Assembly: GCF_018350175.1 (NCBI RefSeq)
Contig: NC_058368.1
Coordinates: forward strand, 42,782,001-42,846,000
Source of the DNA: Felis catus
Taxonomy: Eukaryota
DNA length: 64,000 nt
Direction: 5' to 3'
The notes beneath the pieces are model-generated. The model was not told the origin of the DNA, did no database searches, and was given only the letters and a program-made list of their open reading frames with translations. Made by a program: the position numbers and the translations under genes. Of the stretch, positions 50,149-63,300 are shown in pieces (positions within the stretch are counted from its first letter, which is position 1; each line of letters begins with the position of its first letter).

Positions 50149-51799
50149 CAATCCCTATCAAAATAACACCAACATTCTTCACAGAGCTAGAACAAATAAC
50201 CCTAAAATTTGTATGGAACCAGAAAAGACCCCGAAGAGCCAAAGCAATCTTGAAAAAGAAAACCAGCACTGGAGGCATCACAATCCCAGACTTCAAGCTG
50301 CGTTACAAAGCTGTAATCATCAAGACAGTATGGTACTGGCACAAAAACACACTCAGATCAATGGAACAGACTACAGAACCCAGAAATGGATCCACAAATG
50401 TAAGGCCAACTAATCTGTAGTAAAGCAGGAAAGAATATCAAATGGAGTAAAGACAGTCTCTTGAGCAAATGGTGTTGGGAAAACTGGACAGCGACATACA
50501 GGAAAATGAACCTGGCCACTTTCTTACACCATACACAAAAATAAACTCAAAATGGATGAAAGGCCTAAATGTAAGACAGGAAGCCATCAAAATCCTCGAG
50601 GAGAAAGCAGGCTAAAACTTCTTTGACCTTGGCCACAGCAACTTCTTACTCGACATGTCTCTGGAGGCAAGGGAAACAAAAGCAAAAATGAACTATTGGG
50701 ACATCATCAAAATAAAAAGCTTCTGCACAGTGAAGGAAACAATCAGCAAAATGGCAACTGATGCAATGGGAGAAGATATTTGCAAATGACATATCAGATA
50801 AAGGGTTAGCACCCAAAATCTATAAAGAACTTATCAAACTCAACACCCAAAGAACAAATAATCCAGTGTAGACATGGGCAAAAGGCATGAATAGACATTT
50901 CTCCAAGGAAGACATCCAGATGGCCACCCAACACATGAAAAAATGCTCAACATCACTCATCATCAAGGAAATGCAAATCAAAACCACAACGAGATACTAC
51001 TCACACCTATCAGAATGGCTAACATTAACAACTCAGGCAACAGGAGATATTAGTGAGGATTGCAGAGAAAGATCTCTTTTGCACTGCTGGTGGGAATGCA
51101 AACTGGTGCAGTCACTCCAGAAAACAGTATGGAGGTTCCTCAAGAAATTAAAAATAGAACTACCTACCTATGACCCAATAGTTGCACTACTAGGGATTTA
51201 TCCAAGGGATACAAGTGTGCTGTTTTGAAGGGGCCCATGCACCCCAATGTTTATAGCAGCACTATCAACAATAGCCAAAGTATGGAAAGAGCCCAAATGT
51301 CCGTCGATGGATGAATGGATAAAGAAGATGTGGTATATATATGCAATGGAGAAGTACTCGGTAATCAGAAAGAATGTAATCTTGCCATTTGCAACTACAT
51401 GGATGGAACTAGAGGGTATTATGCTAAGCAAAATTAGTCAGTCAGAGAAAGACAAAAATCATATGACTTTACTCATATGAGGACTTTAAGATACAAAATA
51501 GATGAACATAAGGGAAGTGAAGCAAAAATAATGTAAAATCAGGAAGCGGGACAAAATATAAGACTCTTACATATAGAGAACAGAGAGTTGCTGGAGGGAT
51601 TGTAGGAGTGGGGATGGGCTACAAGGGAAGGGACATTAAGGAATCTACTCCTGAAATCATCGTTGCACTATATGCTAACTAACTTGAATATAAATTTAAA
51701 AAATAAATTATAAAAATAATAAAAAAATAAAAGAAATGCTAAAAAAATAATAAAAATCAAAAAATATTGCAACAATTTCTGGTAAAAATACTGAAAAAA
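50149..51799 (+). mobile_element. 5'-truncated felid/carnivore L1: disrupted ORF2 3' part, 3'UTR and A-rich tail
   Basis: ORF peptides [38 protein letters not shown]...[28 protein letters not shown] and MFIAALSTIAKVWKEPKCPSMDEWIKKMW are L1 ORF2. TSD aacattataaggaatcag (50131-50148) / aacattataaagaatcag (51800-51817). Confidence 0.97.
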
Positions 51800-52059
51800 A
51801 ACATTATAAAGAATCAGTCTCAGGGCTTAATAAAATAATTCTAAAACAAAGATAAAGTCCCAATTAAAGTTATGACAACATGATTTTGCAGTGGGTTTCA
51901 TTTTTTTTTTCACTTTTATAATTTCCAAATAAAACTTAAGATGTGTTTTGTTTTGTTATGTTTATGTTTTTGGTTTGGGGGTTTGTGGGTTTTTTGTTTC
52001 TTGGTTTTTTTTTTTCATAAAGGGACAATATTGATGAAAAAAATAGAGGCAAGAGAGAC

Positions 52060-52490
52060 TAGGGTGCTAATAATGGTTGCTAATTATTGGACATCCACCA
52101 TGAACCAAGCACTGTGGTGGCTGTTTCATAGAACTTATCACCAACCTTGAGAACATCTTGTAAGGTAAATGTTATTGGGTTCATAGACAGATTATTATTA
52201 CTATTATTAGTGTTCTTGATTTTAGAATATAGCATTTGTTGAATGCTGACTGTGTGGTACTGATTAAATACTTCGTAAGAATTATCTCATTTAGTCCTTG
52301 GGACTTGAAGGGGACTCATATGTACTGGGCTGTCTAAGATGCTTGACACTCATCTCCATTTACATTTAACACAGTTTATGCAGTAGCTCTCTCCACTTTT
52401 AGATAAGAGAACTCAGGAACAAAGTTGCTACATAATTTTGAATTCAAGTATAGATCATTTGGATTTAGAAGTTATATTCCTAAATGCCAT
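52060..52490 (-). mobile_element. Cluster of degenerate MIR fragments
   Basis: gctaattattggacatccaccatgaaccaagcactgtg; agcatttgttgaatgctgactgtgtg...attatctcatttagtcct; ccactttagataagagaact. Confidence 0.5.
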
Positions 52491-53300
52491 GTGGACCAAG
52501 AATAAATTGGTTGACAATAGACTTCAGGCTAGTAAAGGAGTCAATTATTATCGGACTGGAAATGAAATGGAAAAGCAGGAATTGTCATCCCATTTGTATT
52601 TAAACATTAGATAAAATCAGATTTGGAAGATGTGATTTATTAAGAGTCAAATGGATTTATGCCTATGAGGCTGTTGGAAGTGAAACATGACAATGGATAT
52701 GTCCAAAGAATTGCCGTTTATCATCACAAAGCACTCAGATATAATAAGATGACTATTAGAGGCTGGATCAAATAGGTTTTGAATTTTTGAAGGATAAAAA
52801 TGGGCAGTGGGATATATAGTAGCAGGACAATCCAGATACTAGTGCTAGGTAATAGTATAGCAATGGTTAAGGGGACTCAAGTGATAATATTGATGGGGCT
52901 TTCGAGAGAACATTACTGATGTGTCACGTAGGACTTATAAGAGGGGAAACCAAATGGAGAAAAAAAAAAACAACCATTGTTATCCAAGACATGTTGTACT
53001 GTGTGTTTTAGTCTCAGTTTTCTTGTGTATTAAAAAATTTAAAAGATCTAATCATTATCACTCATGGTGATATAACAATTAAAAGTGAATAGATCATTTC
53101 TGCAAAACCACTGGTACACAGTTTTTAAAGTACTGTTATTTTATGAGTTTGATAAATTAGGAAATGTAAAAGAAGATGAGTGTCTACCTTCTCATTTGCC
53201 ATTTAGTTAGGGAAATCTTTCTTCTTACTCTGCTTACATTGAGAGAAAAGGTTATGTAATCCTAGGAGACAAAGATTGTGGAGACAAAAGAAGTAAAAGA

Positions 53301-53521
53301 GGGGCACAGTCAGTGGCTCAGTCAGTTAAATGGTCAACTCTTGATTCTGGCTCTGGTCATGATCTCACATTCATGAGATTGAGCCCCACATCTGACTCTG
53401 CACTGACAGTACAGAGCTTGGTTGGGATTTTCTCTCTCTCTCTGTCTTTCTCTGCCCCTCCCCTTCTCATGCTCTCTATCTCAAAATAAACAGTTAAACT
53501 TAAAAAAAAAAAGATTAAAAT
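53301..53521 (+). mobile_element. Can-SINE
   Basis: TSD aaaagaagtaaaaga / aaaagaagcaaaaga. Confidence 0.94.
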
Positions 53522-54650
53522 AAAAGAAGCAAAAGAGACCTACAACAGGCAGATAAAATCCACATTCTCATTGTCTCAAAAGACCTTTTCCTTGTCCTTA
53601 ACCTAAGTTTTATGCCCTGTTTGAATGACTGGGAATGAATACATTAAATGCTAGATACATATTTTCCCCTTTAGTACAGAGTCTATAGTCACTGGAGCCG
53701 ACAATCCCAGAAGCCATCAGGAAGCAGACATAGCAACCACTTGCCACGTCACCTCATCCTGGTCCTAATGAGCCAAAGGTGAGGTGCTACTACTCCTCAG
53801 ACACATGTGCATGTCAAAGAGCTCTACTCCGTGAGGTCCATGGCATCTCTCCTCAGAAAAGCAGTTTGGATTAAACCCATCATGCCTATTTTTAATCTTA
53901 CTTCCAATTCCATTTCCAAAGTATATGTCTCCAGGCTCCTAATTCATATCCACATGACCATCTTGATGATAGTCTATACTTCCCAGTTCTCCACTCCCTC
54001 TCCTTTCCAACATTCGACTAGCCTTTCTTCTTTATCATCAGACACCTCTATAGTCACATCACCTTCTCAGAGACTCCCCCCAGAACACATTTCCTCACCC
54101 AGGGCCTTTAAAGTGGGAAATGTTGATTTTCTCAAACATCATATATCTCATTGTAGGAAAATGGGTTAGTATTCTTCTTACTCACCTTTGCTGCTTTAAG
54201 ACTGTCATTTCCCTAACCTCTTGTAAAAAGAATCACTTCCATGAAGCTCATGAATTGTTTATACCATCCTCTCCTCCATCCAATAACAATCATAGCTTAC
54301 ATGTATGTAGGGCTTATTAGGTGCTAGATGCTGTTTTACACACTTTCTATATTTTAAATTGATTAATCATAATAATAGCATCCTTGCCTCCCAACTCCTT
54401 CTCTGGTCTCTATCATACCCATACAGACACATTCTGCTTTATTGCTCATTAAATGATACAATGCCATAAAATTGAATCCCAGACATATTCTCTTCTCACT
54501 CCATCTTATCTCCATAGGTAATCTCATTCACAAATGTATTTATTTACCAGTTAAATACTTCTGAGCCCCACATGCATATCTCTAGCCATATGTTGCCTCT
54601 GAGTTATAGATCAGTTTATGCAACTAATTGCTTGAAAATGATATTTATAT

Positions 54651-54845
54651 GGTGCCTGGGTGGCTCAGTCAGGTAAGCATCCAACTCTTGGTTTTTGGCT
54701 CAGGTCAGGATCTCATGGTTTGTGTGTTTGAGCCCTGCATCAGGCTTTGCACTGTCAGTGTGGAGCCTGCTTGGGATTCTCTCTCTCCCTCTCTTTCTGC
54801 ACCTCCCCGCTCATGCTTGCTCTGTCTCAATTAAACTAAAAAAAT
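54651..54845 (+). mobile_element. Can-SINE, within degenerate L2-like sequence
   Basis: ggtgcctgggtggctcagtc...ggagcctgcttgggattctctctctccc. Confidence 0.93.
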
Positions 54846-55175
54846 TTTTTTAGTTTAATCAAAATCAACAGTTCTAACATGTATACTCTTCCATATACTT
54901 TATTATAGTGAATAGGACCATTTATTTGGTAGTATGTGCCAGGACCAAAGGAGTCATCATGGAAACATGCTACATCTTCTCCACCTAATAGATCACCAAT
55001 TACTTTCTTTTTTACCTTTAAATATACTTTGAGTCCATTCACTTCTATTAACTAACACTACTGTTTTTTTTGTTTGTTTGTTTGTTTGTTTAAACTACTA
55101 CCACCTACCTAGACTATGTCTTCCTGGATTCATTCTTACCACTCAAAATGTTAACACATTGATTTAGAATGAATT

Positions 55176-55372
55176 TTTTTAAGTTTATTTATTTATTTTG
55201 AGAGAGTGGGGTGGGAGGTAGAATAAGTGCACAAGCTGGGGAGGGACAGAGAGCAAGGGAGAGAGAGAATCCCTAGTAGGCTCTGCACTGACAGTACAGC
55301 TGGATCCCACAAAATGTGAGATCATGAAATCAAGAGTCAGATGCTTAGCCTACTGAGCCACCTAGGTGCCTC
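55176..55372 (-). mobile_element. Can-SINE
   Basis: TSD tgatttagaatgaatt (55160-55175) / tggtttagaataaatt (55373-55388). Confidence 0.92.
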
Positions 55373-55664
55373 TGGTTTAGAATAAATTAAAAAAAAAATC
55401 TTCCTGGCTTCATGGTGTTCCTGTATGAATTACAAAATTTTCATGTTTTTTAAGGTAAGTTTCCATAGGATATCCAGGAAACATCAGAGAGCCATGCACT
55501 TACTTGTATTCTTACATTAAAAAACAAACAACAATAACTTAAAAAATGAACTTCAGCCAAATTTAAGTCATCATTCTTGGGAAAGACCTTTAAAGTCTGT
55601 GGGGATGTAGCAGGGTTAGAAATAATGGTCTTATGATTTATCAAGAATAAATTTATCAAGAACT

Positions 55665-56046
55665 ACTAGAGTAGCTCCCTGTAAACCAACTCAGAGATGC
55701 AGAATTATATGCAGGAAGAATACTGGGATGTGTTCATGGGATATACAGCTACAAGGAAGTGATGGAGGCACAATTTGGTAGAGGGAAATGCTATAATATT
55801 GCAAATCACACCTTAATCAAATCTATGGGACACTTTGGAGTTGGCATGTACCTCTTCTATTGTCCCCGACTGTATCCCTCAGGAGGGCATAACCATGAAG
55901 TATGATGTAGTGCCTTGCAATCAAGGGCACTTTCCAAATGAAGGGTAAAGCTGTGAGCAACCAGCTACTGTTACCCTCAGCAAATAAGGGTTGGGTTAAT
56001 TGTCCCTAAAGAGAGGATATGAGCCAGGACCATATTATCTAATACA
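55665..56046 (-). mobile_element. ERVL LTR (LTR16-like)
   Basis: actcagagatgcagaattatatgcaggaag...ggtagagggaa...atgggacactttggagttggcatg...ttgtcccc...ctgtgagc...aataca resembles antisense LTR16. Confidence 0.7.
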
Positions 56047-56074
56047 GTAAATGTAGCTAAAACTTACCAGCTTC

Positions 56075-56580
56075 TTAACATAAATTTGTCCCATCTAGAA
56101 ACAGATTTTCCAGGAATCTTGTTGGTCTTGTATTGTATCTTGGGAAACTTACAAGGAAAGGTTTAGAAAGACACAGCCCTGATGTGCAATTGATCTCAAG
56201 GGCACAGGTGATACGCACCACCCCTCTCCTGTACCACCATTCTATATTCCTCTCACCAGTCATGAGCACATTTGCTGGTCCATATGACTTATCTGGTGGA
56301 ATAGCCCAGACCCTCAATACTGAGATAGCTGAGCCCCTGTTTATCATATCTTGTTGTCGAGCTCTGCTTGCTACTCTTGTCTGTTTCCTAGTGAAGCTGG
56401 GCACAGGGCTATCACAAATAGCCAGGTGGAAATCAAAGTTGTAAATATATTCTTCTGGTCAATCTGGCACTGAGCCTGCTTCCTGAGGATGATGTTCTTT
56501 ATCATACATAGACTATCATTGTCTTGATACTCACTATCCCCTTTTCAATGGGTGAATACCCAGACAAATCATCCTTAATG
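56075..56580 (-). mobile_element. ERV-L internal (HERV16-int-like) 3' remnant
   Basis: Minus ORF 56075-56404 peptide NRGSAISVLRVWAIPPDKSYGPANVLMTGERNIEW resembles the ERV-L post-dUTPase segment as I recall it (GPDPSGMKVWVTPPGKKPRPAEVLAEGKGNTEW). It lies directly 5' of the LTR in the same orientation. Confidence 0.7.
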
Positions 56581-57079
56581 TTGTTTCATTTAAAAAAAGA
56601 AATTTTTAATTAAAAGTGAGAGAAATGCCTGTCAGGCACAGGCACTATGTCAGGCATAGTTCTAGCCTTAAAATTAAGTAGTGAGCAATTAAGCCCTTCA
56701 ACTCCTTCTAGAGCTGCAAAACTCAGTTGGGCTTGTTGGTTTTTCTAAACAATGTTGCCATAATAATTAATATTTCCTGTTTTCATTTTGTAGTTGTTTT
56801 TTTTTTGGAGGGGGATATGCTGTTGCTATGTTAAAAAGGTGACATCTGTATGTATCAGTGAGAGTTAGAAACTGGTGAGGAATAAGGGATGGATACCCAT
56901 GTCCCAACCAAAGGAATGGAGTTTAGTGGGCCATTACCCAACATGCTCTGGATCTGACCACAGGGAATGAAATAGAAATAGAATAATGCAACTCTAACAC
57001 AGTAAGTGCTTGCCTTGGATGGTATTATGTAGACCATTTAGCATTAATATAGTCCTTTCCTCAATTTAATAATATAAAA

Positions 57080-57303
57080 TAGGTGTCATCAATCTTTTTA
57101 TTTAGATAACTAGATAATAAATACTTTAGCTTTATGGACCATAATATTTTCTAGTGCAACTACTAGACTGTGCCATTGTAAAGTGAAAGCAGCCGCTGAC
57201 AATATGTAAATGAGCAGGCATGGCTGTGTTCCAATAAAACTTTATTTACAAAAACAGGTAGAGGGCTAGATTTCACCTGTGGACTATAGTTTGCTGACAC
57301 CTG
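57080..57303 (+). mobile_element. MER58A-like hAT-Charlie MITE, full length
   Basis: TIRs taggtgtcatcaatct / agtttgctgacacctg; core ggctgtgttccaataaaactttatttacaaaaacagg; 8-bp TSD atataaaa / gtataaaa. Confidence 0.92.
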
Positions 57304-60300
57304 GTATAAAAGGAAGAGAATCCGTAGTTTTCTGGCCACCGTGCCCTGTGGATACCTCACTCTCCATGAGATTTATTAAAGAAGGATGTCTTGGCAGGCT
57401 TCGAGCAGAAATGAAGGAGACATAAATGAGTAGTGTCCACTCTTTTTACATACTTATTCATGAATCCTTTGCACTGCAATCTGCTTGTCATTACCAATCT
57501 TTAAATCCATGCTACTTCATTATAGTAGTGCTTAATTAATTTTTGGTAAATATTTCACAAATTAATGAAAAAATAAAAATATTGGTATCTCATATCTTTG
57601 TAAATGTTTTCAAAGTTAGTAAAATGATAATATTAACTCTGTTCTGATGCTAGAAATGTGATATTAATATGTAAATAGTTATATTTTAATTTTAGGTAAG
57701 ATAGGAATGATTCAGTGATATAAACCATTAAATTACAAATGACTTAGGTCATACAAATGACTTAGGTGTGGGTACCATTATGAAATTAACTGGTAGTTAT
57801 CACAAGTTAACTATTTTACCTACAACATGTTTTAGAGGATCAGCAATAAGTATTTATGAAATTATATATGTGCAATTTCTGTAACATAAGCTGAAATATA
57901 GGTTTCCACAATAAATAAGACAGGAACAGCATTTAAAATTGAAAAAATGCACCCTATATTTTATAGTTTGTATTTAAGGAAATATTTAGAGACTTTGTAT
58001 TTCCAAAGAATAGACTTTTTCACATATTTAGCACAACATGAAAATTAAAATGTTATAGTAGAGCAAAAAAAATCTTGACTTAGGATAGGCATGCATCAAA
58101 TATAAATTTAATTTTAGAATGCATAAAGATGCACTAATATTCTATTTATATTTTTAAAATTACCTCCAGAGATATGCAAATTACATATTTTATCTTTGGC
58201 CAAAATTTGACACTGGAAGTCAAAAATGTTACCCTTATCACCCCATTAAAATATATTAGTGTATGGTGATAAAATAGTTTTGATCATTAAAATGATTTAA
58301 ATATTTTTTTTCTAGCTTGATTACTTGGTTGTGAAAAAGGAATAAAAGTGATTTCTTAAAAATAAACCCTATGTGTAATGGTAATTACCTGTGAAGGTGG
58401 TTTCCAAATTCCTAATTTCTGGCCTCCATCCTCAATGTAGATGGGAAAAGTACAAATGGAAGACTGTCAAGTAAAATTCAGTATGGAAAATGTCAATTGG
58501 ATTTTTTTCTTGTGCTGTGATAAAGCTGCACATAACAATTAAATTTCCAAGTGTCCTTGCTTTTTATCAGATTCGAATGAACTCACTAACATGTAGTTAT
58601 TGTGATGATTACAAGCTCAGATCTATGGCAATAACTGTCTCTTATTTCTTCATAGGAAATTGGATTATTTATTAACAAAAAAAGTGTATTTTGTAGGTTA
58701 TGACACTCCACTGAAACAATTCTTGTTTATAGGATTGGCATAGATACTGTACGATCTTCGGACGCAATAGTCTCACCATCATTTTTTATGATTTTCTGAT
58801 TTTCCTCTTTGTGCAGATGTTAAAATTGGAAGGCAATGGTAACACTGCCAGAGCTAATACTATAACAAGTTATCCCAACTCTCCTTATTCTCTTCAATTT
58901 ATTGGGTTTTGCTGTCATATCTGACTTAGACTTCATACTATGTCAGATAAAGAATATGGTTTCAAGAGATAAAGGAGGATAGCAATTTTCAGATACATTT
59001 TTCTCTCCTCACCTTGCTAGAGATCTAGGCATACTATTCACCAGAAGACAGTTTATATAAAGTGCTTATGTTTATACAGCTGAAAATATTTCAGTTGTCA
59101 AAGTCAATCTATTCCATAGAGGAGAATGTTTAAAAAAAGAAGAAAGAAAAATAAACTTAGGAGTTGCTGTTGTGAGATTTAAAAAATCATGAAGATTATC
59201 ATTCAGGTCAACTGTTGTTTAAAATTTCTCAAGTCTTGTTGTTTTCCAACAATATGACTGATTCTGCATTCTCCTCCCCAACACAGTTCACTTGGCAGGG
59301 GAGTGCATGGCTCTATGATTGCGTCTCCTGAGTCCAGAGCTGCTCAAATCCAGAGGTTCTGAGATTATCTGAGGTTTGCTTCTAAAGGTCCTTCTGGAGT
59401 TTCATGTGCAAACATTTCCAGAGTTATTACATTTATTATTACATTTATAGCCCACCACCAAAGAGCCTATATGTTAATTAAAACTACCTGTCTGGTTTCT
59501 GTCTCTTAAATTTAACATACATATCGGGCACCGATTCACCTCTCACATACACATACTCTTGACATTCAAAGATGCAATAAAAAGTGACTATATTAAAAAG
59601 TAATATTAAAGTGTATTCCTCCCATGCTGAAATCAATTAACTGCACAATGGAATATTGTGGATTTACAAATAATCAGATAGTCTTATTTCAAGTAAGACA
59701 AGTAAATTAAAATTTCTCAAAATTTTAAATGGAAACACCTGTGTTCTCACACACATAACTGAAAAATTTAGCTTCCACTTTTATGTACACCATTAAATTC
59801 TTGATAGTAAGTATGAATATTGATTTAAACAGAATTTTGGCAACCAATCCCATAAACATAGATCATTGAGCACTAATCTCAGTTTAATGATATAAAATGT
59901 AGTTTTATTTATAAACAAATATGATAAATATAATAAAATAAGATGATAAAATCAATTTTATCATTAAGCTTAGGATCTAATGTATGTGTATTCTTAAAGA
60001 TAAAGGATAAATGCTACAAGAAAATATTGAAGAATTTATTGCAATTTATATATAAGAGTAAATAACAGAAAGGCATAAGACAAGGGAACCATGGAATTCA
60101 TTAACAAAGCAGAAACTATAACAGCAGCAGAAACTACATAAGAAAGAATGAGAGGTTGTGGAGTTGCTCAAGGTGTTATAGTAAAAGACTATATGTGCTT
60201 TTACCCTTTTTATATCAGCACCCAAACAAAACACAAAGCTAGACTATCACTTGCTTCAATGAATAAACAAATAATTATCCAATATCTTCTTCAGACATGT

Positions 60301-63300
60301 TTTCTAAAGATAGGAAAAACTTAGAATGCATAGGTACAAACAACAGTATTGAAGTCTAGAAAAATGCAAAATATACACAGATTAGCTGATTAGGAAACTC
60401 AGGGCATATAATGAGCAACTGAAAAAAAAAAGACAAGCATTTGGTGAGGGACCCCACTGACAGTTATTGGGGGTGCGGTGTATTTTGGGGTGACAGTGAC
60501 AAGATTGTTGGAGAAACTGAAAAAAGGCTCAGCTTTTGTGGGCTTAGACCTGAGTTCTAGGGAGAAGGAGATGCAACCAGAACTCGAGACATCTGTCCAC
60601 ACACAGTCCCAAAAAGTCTTTAAACTGAAACACACTCTCTTTTTGAGTCATCAGGGCAGTGTGTGACACCAACTTTAGTGTCTTATGGTCCAGAGAGCAT
60701 TTCTTCCCCTTTCAAGAGATCACCACATGCCTTGAATGAATGTCTGTTTATTTAGAGAAAACTTATTACTCCAGGAAGGTATTTAACCCTTTAAAAATAA
60801 GATGTATTAACATGATTTTGTATGCACAGAGCTCTCTAACATCTGTGGGTGGTTTGAGAGAACCTGAAGAAAATTCTTTGGAGACTTGAATTTTACATTT
60901 TCACTTTATAACAAACTAAATTAATTTTATCCTTAGACTTAGGATCTCTGTATTTAAAACTACAACCATTACATTCATGTGTATTGTTAAAGATACAATT
61001 TTTCAAAGTCAAAGGAACTTTTGTCCAACATTTTTTGAAGTAATCACTTTAATTTATAAAATAGTACATAGTAATTAAAACCTGACTGAGCAAAGTTCCT
61101 GGGTATTAAATCAGAGGATTTTTTTTGCATTGTATGTGCATGAGTGTATATCACTTGTCTTTACATATTACAGAAGCAAGTACCATGACAGCAAGTTTTA
61201 GTTTAATAAATACTTTTCTAAAATTTTAACTACAGTGTCAGCTCCTGCTTATGATTCTATTTGCTGGTTCTCAGATATTTTCTGCCATACACTTAGGGCT
61301 ATTAGAGAGTAATTGCAAATAACCTTTGAGGAATGCCTAATAAGTTACAGTACTTTGAGGTTTTCATTTATTTTAGTAAATAATTTTCATATTCAGATCA
61401 TGGCCTATTGTAAAGAGACTGTGGCATATCAACCAATAACTTTCAGGGATTGTGTGGAAGTAAATTTTAGATTTTATTTAGTCAAAGGGCTCTGATAGGA
61501 ATGTTAATATAAGGACTGGTTGGAGTTTAAGTGCTCACAGTCTATTATTTAAAGTTGAGTTCATATTGAACATGCATATTCTTAGATTTATTCAACAGTA
61601 TATTTATGGCCAGACTGTCACTATTGTGTCATTTTGTAGGAGTGAGCAAAAATTCAACAAGGCAAGCACTCTCCAATTTAGAGCCATTTTACAAATGTAT
61701 TAAACTGACAGAAAAAAAAATATGGCACAATCTGTCAGTTAAGCCAAACAAACAACAAACAAGTCAACAAAGTCAGTCAAACAAGTTTTGGCATTTTATA
61801 TACAAAATAAATGTTGATGACTTTCAAACTTAATTCTTTAGCATAAAGTCTAGGTATTAGGCAGAGATTATCAGAGAACTACCTTTTCTTGATACCCCCC
61901 TCCCATCAATTTTCTAAATTCTCTTTAATTGTTCGATTGTCTAGTGCCATTTCCCCCCCTTTACCATTTACCAACCATGGTGATTACACAATATCAGTTG
62001 GATATAATTTATTACTGTGTAAACTGTCCTGGGAGAGGGAGGAAATTTTATTATCATGATGATAATGACGATGAAGATGATGGTGATGAGTAATACCTTT
62101 TAGTCAATTTTTATTCCTCACGATTTAATAATATTTCCCTGGCAATCAAGAAATAACCTACATTGTTCCAGCCATTCTCTGTGAGTCATTTTGATATATT
62201 ATACATTTCCGTAGTAGTAATTTGTACTTGATTCTCCCACATTACCTGAGTGAGGAATTGGAATTTGAGTTGTCTGTCATTCTCCTCCTACTAAAAGATT
62301 ACATTTCCAGCAAGAAGTAATAGAGGATATAGCTAAGTGTAAACAGGGTTTCTTCAGAAAGTAAACTTCACCTGCTTGCATTATACACTGTGTTTATGTC
62401 CATCATTTTGTCCTTTTGCTTTCTTTTATAAATTAAACATTAAGAGCAAAATAAAAAAAAAGCTAGAATCAAAAAAAATTGCAAAATAATTAAAGAAGAG
62501 ATTAACTACAGATTTACATGGCCAACTGGAAGGCCTACTAGCCATGATCGAGAGGTACCTAGGACTAAATCAATACCCACTATAAAAATCTATCTTCCTC
62601 ATGTCAATATTAACAAGAGAAAGCACATAATCAAGGAATGGAGTGTTGTATATATCCCTTACAATTCCATGTGAGATTAATAATTTTGACATCTGAAATG
62701 AAAAAATGAAGGAAGTGCAGCCAAGTTTTCACTATTGATGTTTTTTCTCCCCTTACATAGTTTGGTCTCACAATCATACATCAAAAGATCAGATTACTTC
62801 AGCAGCAGTACCTATATGGAATGAAGTTTTCACTTTTTAAAAATTGTGTCCCCAAGTAAGATAAATTTGTTCGACTGACATTAGTTAATCCCCTGTTCTG
62901 TTGTTAGTACTATGAGGGGTGGGGGTGGGGGGGAAGCCAATACATATAGGAACTCGATTTCTGGTCCTTGAGGAAGAGAAGTGGGTATTAATATTGCTAT
63001 GCTCTTACAGAAAAAAAAAAACGAGAAAGCACTTAGATGGTCTGAACCTTATACATAGACTGACTGGTGCTACTGTGTTTGACATGAAATCCATACCATC
63101 ATATTGAAGTTCGGAGATGCAACTCTACTCTCCTTCTCCCCAGCCTAGTAACAATGGGGAAGAATGGACAACCTTATGATGAACCAAATATCAAAAAACA
63201 AAACAATAACAACAACAACAACAACAAAACATTGCTATTGTGTCTTAAATAGTCAAATCTATCCAAGGTAGGCATACTAAAACCAAGGAGCCTTTTATTC

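Noticed and set aside
50100..51480. Several ORFs with clear protein similarity, as a functional gene
   Set aside because: They are frameshifted fragments of L1 ORF2 in a 5'-truncated copy.
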